NCBI GenBank assembly: GCA_010909165.1
Contig: MU008162.1
Location: 1,674,001 to 1,738,000 of the forward strand
Source: Anthoceros angustus
Lineage: Eukaryota; Plantae; Anthocerotophyta
DNA length: 64,000 nucleotides
Direction of reading: 5' to 3'
The first letter of the stretch is position 1, and each line of letters begins with the position of its first letter. The notes under the pieces are model-generated. The model searched no databases. It was given only the letters and a program-made list of their open reading frames with translations, and was not told where the DNA came from. The position numbers and the translations under genes are program-made. Positions 25,601 through 36,077 of the stretch are shown one piece after another.

Positions 25601-27215
25601 GTGTAGGCTTGATCCTGCTGACTGACACATGTTTCTAACAAAAGGTCTACAGCAGTCACATCATTACCTCATACTGAAAGGCTAACCGCTCAAACAGGTC
25701 ATCTGCTGGTATCTGTTCTGCAACCCCCCCTCTCCGCTTGACTATAAACTGGTTTAATCTTCCAGCCCTGATGTCTAGCACCCTTTTCAACAGCTCCTTC
25801 ATTCTTTTTGAAGAAATAGTGATGTCATCCTTCTTCAGAATTTCTTGTGATCTGCTTGAAAAGAATCTGACAGATTGTCCTTCTCTTGAATCAGGGCTGT
25901 GATCCAGTACAGCAATTTGTTTGCAAATTCCAGTTCAAACTTCTTCCCCTGTTCACCTTCCGCATACTTGCTCTTCACAAGAACATCTCTCACAGAATCT
26001 TGCGCACTGTCAGAAGAGCTTTGTGACCAGGAGCCTGCTTTTGCCAGCACCTAGACCATTTGACACTAGACCCAGCAGTTAGAATTTACAGCCAACATCA
26101 GCTCAGGAAAGAAAACCATCATCATTAAAAGGATGTACCTCTCTGCATATCTGCCGCAACAGCTTCTCAGAATCTCTTTCATCATATATTAAAAAGTTTT
26201 TGGTGAGCCCAATTTTTAGCTCGCCAATGTCCTTCCGCAGAATTTTCCCACAAACTGAGTGAAAAGTTCCTGTCTACAAACGAGAAAAATGGGCTCCCGC
26301 TCTGAAGGTCCATACTGAAGATCTGAGGCAACTGCAGATGCCCCGCACAATGGCTGAACTTTTCAAACCAGGGGATAGTTTCAGGACTTAGTACCGTGGG
26401 CTTCTTTCCACCTACAGTCTTCAGAAGGGTCTCGAGCCTTTCACAAATTTCATTAGCCGCTTTATTCGTGAATGTGATGCCCTGCACTATTTCAAAACCC
26501 ATTACAAGGTTAGACAGCCGCAATTCAAATTCGTCCTGCAGCCTTTCATCGCGTTAGAAAATCTGAAACCTACCAAAATGTTGGAAGGCGAAACACCACG
26601 ATTCTGGATGAGATGAGCAATGCGGTGAGTGAGCACGCGAGTCTTCCCTGATCCAGGACCGGCCAATACCCTCACACAGCAGGCCTCGCTGGTTACAGCC
26701 TGCACCTGCTCACAATTCAAAACCCCACGCCCTGTGTGCGGCACCGGGGACACGGCAGACTCCGGGCACAGCTCCACCTCAATTGCAGCAGAATGGACTG
26801 GGCCATTACCAAGCCGTCTAGAAGAACACAACGGACTGCAGCGAAGATACCCTTCATTGACACCAGAAGCAGAAAAGCTCTCTGCGAACCTACGACGCAG
26901 TTCTGGAGCCCACACCCTGCAGCCCACCACGGAGGAGTTCCTGAGCAAATGCCTGTCATCCAAGAAAACATCCAACTTATGCAAAATATAGGAGTGCCAG
27001 TGCCAGAATCATGAACTCAACACAAGCCACAAATGTTACTGTCTCAAGTTTTCCATGAGTATAGATGACAGACGTGCCTCAACGGCTTTAGGAAGAGGCA
27101 GCCCTCTTGTGGAACCCCACAGCACGCCCATGAAACCAAGGTCGAGCCAACTCCATGGTCAAGGAGACACTGACTGCTCTAAGGCCTCTCGCAGCAGGGC
27201 GTCCAGGGCTATCAT
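22656..27215 (-). CDS. SF1A UvrD/PcrA/Rep-type DNA helicase with N-terminal transit-peptide-like extension; full-length copy (exon 1 carries a ~169-bp insertion)
   Basis: Motifs [61 protein letters not shown] in order across exons; 3' end uncertain (possible further intron). Confidence 0.85.
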
Positions 27216-27933
27216 TCCAAGTCAAGGCACGACAGTTTGATTCCGTCCTCCATAGGCTCCACCGCTGCTGAATTTGGGATGCAATGTAGACACCATCGTC
27301 CTCGGATAATGCCTCAACTTGAACTATTATTTCTTGTCGGATTTACCTTCCACCGTGCTCCGCTACTGCTGATTATTGCCTATCGTCGCCAAGCTCATGT
27401 CCTTCCTGGATGAAGGAGGGCGACCACGCTCCCTGAATGTCAAAATGCGACTCACCTACCTCCATTTGTGTGAGGAGCGACTGAGCACGGGCAACCTGAT
27501 CTTTACAAAAGACATACAACAGCTACATACGCACTGATGGCGTCTATCGCAGAGAACTTTGCACAGCAAACTTCCTTTCTTCTGTGACGTAGCGAACGTC
27601 TGTAGGAGGATAGGTGTGTGGCATGAACGGATCATGAAGTAGATAGACGTCGTCGAGAAAAGTTGTTAAACATTTTGAAAGGGAGATGCGAGGTCATGTT
27701 CATGGATAACATGATGGATGATGCATGACGGATGATAGTATGCATGTGTATGCATGTAGCATGATGAATGTATGCATGATTATGTGCATGATGTATGTGA
27801 CATACTGGTATGTACATATCAATATTCAATAGGCAGGATGTTAAAGAAGGTAAGTGACTTGAACGTTAGAGGAAATCAAGTAGTGTAGACCATTGAGAGG
27901 GTGGCTCATACATGCGCAGACGAGGGCAGCAAA

Positions 27934-30487
27934 GTTAGCAAAGACACCCAGAGCAAGGATGAGTTCAGAGAACAAGTGGAATTCAGGGCTTATACCAGCG
28001 TTGCTTCCAAGGACTTCTCTTTAGTCTGTTCAGTTCTTGCTCTACCTTGGCTGATTATGAAGCTAGCTCAATGATATTCGCAGATGATCGGTAATTTTTC
28101 CGTAGCTGAACCGAGGCACATCTATGAGTAATTAGGAAATACTGAACTGAACCACTGAATGTGCAACCAAAGAGGGCGGAGAATGTCTTCAAATCAGCCA
28201 AAAGGATCTGTCACAATAACAGACATAAATCTATAACCCGGTGTAATTGCTAACCTCATACGTGACCATTTCGGAAAAGTGTGCTATTAGATAAGATTGC
28301 ATGTTGCGAAAGTCAGCGCGCCACCCATAGATAGACTGTGAGGCATAATTTGAGTCTCACATCAGAGACAACAGATACAGGAGAAAGCAAAGATTTGGGT
28401 GCTTTGGTAGCGAATTGACTTTCAGTACAAATAGACCAGCATTCTCGTGACAAAAGACCGTTGCATCACAGTCAGTTATGATTACCATACCTGATCAACA
28501 TCCCCGACCACAAAAGGTTTCTATTTGATTGGCACAACAGGCGACAAATTCATACTGAACCTGCAAAATCCACTCATCATGAAATTTGGTCTATTCCAGC
28601 CAGTTACATATTCATGAACTACATGTAACCTGGCTAGCCACATTAATAACATGCAAACCTGGTTTGTATCTTGGAACTCATCCACCAGAACATGGTTCCA
28701 ACAGCTCTGCCAATACTGCAGCACAAAAGATCGTGAGTAACCATCAAGATGTTTAAGTAGAGGTAGAAGAGTGGTTGGTCACTTGTCAAAAGTGCAATCT
28801 GCACGTTACCTTAAGCACAGAAGGATGCAAGTGTAACAGCTTGACAGTCAAGCCAAGCATGTCATCATAATCGATTGCATTGCTGATTCTCAAACCAGCC
28901 TGCAAAGCATGAGAATTTGTATGAATTGAACAAACCCTAACATGAACTTTAGGACTCACCAGCATAACAGACCCTTCCTAGCTTGAAGAGACCATTTTGG
29001 AGAGCTGGAGAAGAAAACTATGACTGCTGTGGCAGCTGCAAGCAGGCACATAGGTGTAGGCTTGATCCTGCTGACTGACACATGTTTCTAACAAAAGGTC
29101 TACAGCAGTCACATCATTACCTCATACTGAAAGGCTAACCGCTCAAACAGGTCATCTGCTGGTATCTGTTCTGCAACCCCTCTCCGCTTGACTATAAACT
29201 GGTTTAATCTTCCAGCCCTGATGTCTAGCACCCTTTTCAACAGCTCCTTCATTCTTTTTGAAGAAATAGTGATGTCATCCTTCTTCAGAATTTCTTGTGA
29301 TCTGCTTGAAAAAGAATCTGACAGATTGTCCTTCTCTTGAATCGGGGCTGTGATCCAGTACAGCAATTTGTTTGCAAATTCCAGTTCAAACTTCTTCCCC
29401 TGTTCACCTTCCGCATACTTGCTCTTCACAAGAACATCTCTCACAGAATCTTGCGCACTGTCAGAAGAGCTTTGTGACCAGGAGCCTGCTTTTGCCAGCA
29501 CCTAGACCATTTGACACTAGACCCAGCAGTTAGAATTTACAGCCAACATCAGCTCAGGAAAACCATCATCATTAAAAGGATGTACCTCTCTGCATATCTG
29601 CCGCAACAGCTTCTCAGAATCTCTTTCATCATATATTAAAGTTTTTGGTGAGCCCAATTTTAGCTCGCCAATGTCCTTCCATCAGAATTTTCCCACAAAC
29701 TGAGTGAAAAGTTCCTGTCTACAAACGAGAAAAATGGGCTCCCGCTCTGAAGGTCCATACTGAAGATCTGAGGCAACTGCAGATGCCCCGCACAATGGCT
29801 GAACTTTTCAAACCAGGGGATAGTTTCAGGACTTAGTACCGTGGGCTTCTTTCCACCTACAGTCTTCAGAAGGGTCTCGAGCCTTTCACAAATTTCATTA
29901 GCCGCTTTATTCGTGAATGTGATGCCCTGCACTATTTCAAAACCCATTACAAGGTTAGACAGCCGCAATTCAAATTCGTCCTGCAGCCTTTCATCGCGTT
30001 AGAAAATCTGAAACCTACCAAAATGTTGGAAGGCGAAACACCACGATTCTGGATGAGATGAGCAATGCGGTGAGTGAGCACGCGAGTCTTCCCTGATCCA
30101 GGACCGGCCAATACCCTCACAGCAGGCCTCGCTGGTTACAGCCTGCACCTGCTCACAATTCAAAACCCGCCCTGTGTGCGGCACCGGGGACACGGCAGAC
30201 TCCGGGCACAGCTCCACCTCAATTGCAGCAGAATGGACTGGGCCATTACCAAGCCGTCTAGAAGAACACAACGGACTGCAGCGAAGATACCCTTCATTGA
30301 CACCAGAAGCAGAAAAGCTCTCTGCGAACCTACGACGCAGTTCTGGAGCCCACACCCTGCAGCCCACCACGGAGGAGTTCCTGAACCCCACAGCACGCCC
30401 ATGAAACCAAGGTCGAGCCAACTCCATGGTCAAGGAGACACTGACTGCTCTAAGGCCTCTCCGCAGCAGGGCGTCCAGGGCTATCAT
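27934..30487 (-). pseudogene. Duplicated 5' half of the UvrD-like helicase gene (uninterrupted exon 1)
   Basis: 27934-31222 duplicates 24470-27942 with almost only indel differences; ORF 29999-30487 gives the clean N-terminus. Confidence 0.85.
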
Positions 30488-31439
30488 TCCAAGTCAAGGC
30501 ACGACAGTTTGATTCCGTCCTCCATAGGCTCCACCGCTGCTGAATTTGGGATGCAATGTAGACACCATCGTCCTCGGATAATGCCCTCAACTTGAACTAT
30601 TATTTCTTGTCGGATTTACCTTCCACCGTGCTCCGCTACTGCTGATTATTGCCTATCGTCGCCAAGCTCATGTCCTTCCTGGATGAAGGAGGGCGACCAC
30701 GCTCCCTGAATGTCAAAATGCGACTCACCTACCTCCATTTGTGTGAGGAGCGACTGAGCACGGGCAACCTGATCTTTACAAAGACATACAACAGCTACAT
30801 ACGCACTGATGGCGTCTATCGCAGAGAACTTTGCACAGCAAACTTCCCTTTCTTCTGTGACGTAGCGAACGTCTGTAGGGAGGGGATAGGTGTGTGGCAT
30901 GAACGGATCATGAAGTAGATAGACGTCGTCGAGAAAAGTTGTTAAACATTTTTGAAAGGGAGATGCGAGGTCATGTTCATGGATAACATGATGGATGATG
31001 CATGACGGATGATAGTATGCATGTGTATGCATGTAGCATGATGAATGTATGCATGATTATGTGCATGATGTATGTGACATACTGGTATGTACATATCAAT
31101 ATTCAATAGGCAGGATGTTAAAGAAGGTAAGTGACTTGAACGTTAGAGGAAATCAAGTAGTGTAGACCATTCGACGGAGGTGGCTCATACATGCGGCAGA
31201 CGAGGGCAGCAAAGTTAGCAAATGATTCCTTATTTTAAGCTAAACGAACAATTCTTAAAGGCATTTAGATTGTTGATGTTTATCAACAACATGTTTATCA
31301 ATCAACATTGTTGTTGATTTAGTATCGGTTAGTTATTCTGATCTCATGAGAAACTATCTTGTTCAATTGAAAGAGTTCAATGTGTGAAGCACTTACCTAC
31401 AATAGCATCCAATGCCTGCAGTTCTATCATGCTTAAACT

Positions 31440-32002
31440 GAGTGCCTAAACACCAGTATAACTCACCTAGGTTAGACATGTCGAACTCTTGTGACAGCAT
31501 GTGCTTAACCCTCAACAAAAGAGGGATTGTGTTGCTGGCTAATATGCAGTCATCAACCTACACCACCAGAAAAAGGTATGCGTCCTCTTTGCCTGCCAAA
31601 GGTATGCGTCCTCTTTGCCTGCAAGGAGGTACACATTAGAGTCTGATTCACTTCGTTTGAATCCCATATTAATTCGAAATGTGTCAAGCCGTCGATACCA
31701 AGCTCTAGGTGATTGCTTCAGTCCGTAGATAGCTTTTACTAACTTGCACATTTTGTCTTCTTACCCTTGTTTGATAAACCAAGTGGCTGGGACATATAGA
31801 TGTCCTCCTCCTTTAGGATTATTAGGATGAGCTATATCATTTGCCCCCTTAAGGTCACTACCTAAATCACTGTATGAAGAGTGGGGGCCTTAATGTATGG
31901 ATTAGGCTGGAGGGGGTGGCCGGTGGACATCTTCACTGTCCGTCGAAAATTCTGAAGAATCAGGCTCTAAAGCAGGCTCACTAGGTAAGTTATGAGAAAT
32001 CT
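31440..32002 (-). mobile_element. Copia RT remnant, interrupted by the adjacent LTR
   Basis: CKLVKAIYGLKQSPRAWY...GFKRSESDSNVY. Confidence 0.8.
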
Positions 32003-35000
32003 TGATGAAAATCACGCCTTGCTCTTAGCAAAAGATGTTTTCATTGCTTAAGAAATTGAAAGTACAAAGCCTTTATATAGGCTGGGTGGTTACAACCATA
32101 AGGTGGTTGTAACCATAAGTAGTTCTAACCTCTAGGTGGTTGTAACCATTAACTACTTAATAAACTACCTAAAGCCCTAAGAACTAAATTAATTAATAGT
32201 CTTAGGTGCCCTAGTGAAGAGTACCCTAAATAAGGTATATTTCATCACTTCCACTCACTATGAACTAGGGGTGAAAAATTTGCTTCAAAATGAGCCTAGA
32301 AATGTTAGCTAACTCCCACTAGATTGAAAGTTATCCGCTAACTAAGAAAATAATTAAAGACAAGCTTAAGTTACATTTAAGCTGTATTTAATGTAATTAA
32401 AAAGAATTAACAAAAACTTAATCAGGAAATAGTGAAAACCTAAGGTAAAAAGGTAATAATCAAACTTGAACAAGGTTAAATATAGTAAGAACCCTGGGTA
32501 AAAGGTTGGGAACATTTAATGATAACTGTATGGGTCATATGGATGCCAGTTCGTATGCCCAGGAGGACATACGATTTATGGCACCTACCACATCCCCATA
32601 CCGTTTCATTTTTTTTTTGCTTCCGCTTGCACTCCTGTCGCACTCTGGCACTCACAGCTCAACCTGAACAGAAGAACGGCCATGGCTCGCAGATCTGGTG
32701 TGGAAAGGGGCGTGCGCATCCGTAGTGGGGTGCGCGGCCATTCGCAGGATCGCGCCTCCCGCTCCTTGTGTGCCTGTACAGCCTGGCCACTCGCCACGGT
32801 CTTGGTGCCAGTAAGCAAAACTATAGATCTATAGTTTTATCCTCTAATTTTTCTCTAATGTAATGATATTCGACAGCAATATGTTTTGTTATAGAGTGGA
32901 AGACAGGGTTCTTTGACAAGGCTATAGCTCCCTGACTATCATTCAACAATGAGGTAGGCTTATCTTGCTTGTGATGAAGTTCACTCAAAACTAGCCTAGT
33001 CCATACTATGTCTTTTGCTACTGAGGTTAGTACTCTATACTGTGACTCAGTGCTTGACAAGGCTATGGTTGGTTGTTTCTTACTTGACCAGAATATTGAT
33101 GCTCCTCCCAGAGACGAACTTTGATACGGTCGCCAAAGATAGTCGTGACGATAAGCGTAAGGTTAACTTCTCTATGCCGGGTGAATGCTTGAACGTCAGT
33201 CCTGTGTGCATAGTTCCTTTAAGGTACCTGAATATGCGCTTCACTAACATCCAATGCTTTATGTCCTGGATTTTCCAGAAATTGTGAGCAGGAGCTAACT
33301 TCAAAAGCGATATATGGTCTTGTAAAATTGCTTAAATATATAAGAGTGCCAACTGCATATCGATGTGGGACTACTAGCATCTCTTGCTTCTCTTCAGCTG
33401 TTTTGGGACTCATATCTGAGGTAAGACTCACTCCACTAGCAAATGGTGTAGGTGCAAGCTTAGCATCCTCAACCCCAAATTTAACTAAACTCTCCTTGAT
33501 GTACTTGGATTGAACGACGCTTAGGGTCTTGTTGCTCCTATCTCGTACAATATTAACTCCAAGTGCATATGACATTTCTCCTAAATCAGACATCTCAAAA
33601 AGTGTCTTAAGCCATGTTTTTGTTTCAGCTAGGAGAGCTGGAGAGTTTGGAATAGATGCTAACTCCTCCTCCTCCTGCATAATGGGTTCAACAACAGGAA
33701 CACGAGAAGCAGGAACTGGAAAATGGGTGATGAAGTCGTCTTCATCAAAGAAGGAAGAGTTAGTGGTCTCATCAAGAGACGAATCAGCCGGATCAGCTCC
33801 CACTGCTGGGGAAAATAGGTAAGCCTCATTAAAAGTAACACTCCTGGCATAAAGGAGTTGCCTTGTAGATGGGTTAAATAATTTATACCCTTTTGATGCC
33901 TTCGGTGTAGCCAATAAAAGTGTACTTGGCTGCTTTGGGATCTAACTTCTTACGCAATGCTTTAGAAATAAAGACATATGCAGGAGATCCAAGTATTCGA
34001 GGATGATCAATAGAAGGCTTCTTGCCAATGAATGCTTCATAAGGTGTCATACCTTGCACTGTTGATGACAGGCAATCGATTCATGAGATATGTGGTTGTA
34101 AGGAGGGCCTCAGCCCAATAAGCTTTTGATAAATTAGCTTGTTGTAATAAGCAGCCAGTGATCTCTTGGAGGCGTAGGTTCTTATTCTCAGCTACGCCGT
34201 TTTGTTGAGGAGTATATACAACTGTGAGTTGTTGAGCTATACCTTCAGCTCGGCAGAACTCCGCAAATTGATTAGATGTAAACTCTCCACCATTGTCAAC
34301 GTAAGGTCTTGAGTTTCTTATCTGTTAATCTCTGAGTCCATGCAATGTAATCCTTGAAGAACTGATATGCATCACTCTTATTTTGAAGGATGTAGGTAAG
34401 GACAAAACGAGAGTAGTCATCTGTGAAGGTCAAGAAATATCTACTACCACTAAAGGAGGGTGTAGAGAGGGGACCACAAATGTCTGTATGAACTATCTCT
34501 AAAGGTGACTTGGCCCTTTGAGGAGTTTTGTTTTAGAAAGGCTCTTGATGTCTCTTAGTGAGGACACAAGTTTCGCACCTAGGGAGGTGCTCAACCTTTG
34601 CAAGGCAAGGGGTTCTATATAAATTCCCTTTTGACATTTGCTGTAATTTCTGACGATTAGGATGACCTAAGCGACAATGCCAAAGCATAGTGTGAGAGGG
34701 TGTCGCTGTATTCTGTGAGGCAACATAAGCAGAATGAGAGGCTCCGACTTGTACAGACAAGCGGTAAAGGCCATTTTCTTTAGTGCCTGAACAGATGGTG
34801 TTGTATCTATCACTTAAATAAGAGACTAGACAACTACCTGAATAAAGGATCATTCCTGTTTAAAGCTTCCTTTCCATTGAACCTGTCCTTCTCTTTAAAG
34901 CTGTCACCATAATGATTAATCAAAGTATGATTAGTATTTCCAGGAGGATCCATTCTGGGTGTGTTTGGTGACACTGGTACTTCTTCTTTGTTGTTAACTA

Positions 35001-36077
35001 CTCCAGCCATAGCAGGCGATCTAGAGGACTAAGGCTCGGCGGTACAGCTTTTCTTCTTCTCTATTGCATGCTCGAAACTCCTCCCTTGCGTAATAACTTG
35101 CATCAGGAGATGATGACCTACTCTTAAATTCCTGCACAGCTTTAAACCTAGAGAGGATGGACACCTTTGTCCTTAGTTCAGCTAGCTCTCCCTTGAGATC
35201 AAGATGTTGGATTCTAAGAGATGATAGTTGTCTATCTAGGTTGTCAATTTTATGAGTTTCTATGTCTTGGCCTTGCAGACTAGAAGATTTATGAGTGTTA
35301 GTACCAGCTCTCAAATTCGCGATGTGTTGGAGTGCTAGCTCTAATGCTTTGACGTGGATTGGGCTAAGAACTTCTAGCAAATCACGTCTAGGTAGCTTAA
35401 TCAACTTCCCTTGATATTTAGAAATTAGAATGGATGCAATGAAGTTAGCTATGCAGGAAGAGGTTTCTTCTATCTCTCCTGCAATGATGTGTGGACTCCT
35501 ATTGCTTCTAATGTTCTTGCTCCTAACTTGTTCTTGTTGTCTTGCAGTAATCTCTTTTCCTAATTCTAGGCCGCCTCCTTCTAAGGGAAAACACTTCCAT
35601 GGAGGGAGGACAAGGAATTAGTGCATAAAAGCATTGTTAGAAAAGAAATGTTAGCATGAGAAGAAAACATAAAAAGCAACAATTCTAAGATACACACAAT
35701 TCATCTAGCAAGGTGCTAGATTGGATTGTGTGTATCTTAGAATTGCTGTTAGATTTAAAGTGCCTCCTAGATAAGCTCCTTAGATGCTTGAAGCTGCGCA
35801 CGCACAATGGAGAGCAAGGTGCTCTGCTACCATGATGAAAATCACGCCTTGCTCTTAGCAAAAGATGTTTTCATTGCTTAAGAAATTGAAAGTACAAAGC
35901 CTTTACATAGGCTGGGTAGTTACAACCATAAGGTGATTGTAACCATAAGTAGTTCTAACCTCTAGGTGGTTGTAACCATTAACTACTTAATAAACAACCT
36001 AAAGCCCTAAGAACTAAATTAATTAATAGTCTTAGGTGCCCTAGTGAAGAGTGCCCTAAATAGGGTATATTTCATCA
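32003..36077 (-). mobile_element. Copia element unit 1; LTRs 32003-32247 and 35833-36077; gag/protease largely deleted
   Basis: 245-bp LTRs TGATGAAA...TTTCATCA; PBS complement GCTCTGCTACCA 35821-35832; PPT-like sequence after the left LTR; pre-integrase (LWHCRLGH), integrase, partial RT and RNaseH (SSTESQY...KHIAVEYHYIRE) fragments. Confidence 0.88.

Noticed and set aside
27690-27830. Dense ATGCATG/RY-like motifs (also at about 30975-31090)
   Set aside because: Low-complexity sequence, possibly TE-derived; the second copy is only part of the large duplication, so there is no independent evidence of regulation.
30649-30918. 89-aa plus-strand ORF upstream of the helicase
   Set aside because: No recognisable domain, and it is frameshifted in the other duplicate copy; not supportable as a gene.
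32817-32838. 22-bp perfect palindrome AAAACTATAGATCTATAGTTTT
   Set aside because: It lies within RNaseH coding sequence (KTIDL-x-F), so it is plausibly coincidental; no independent support for function.
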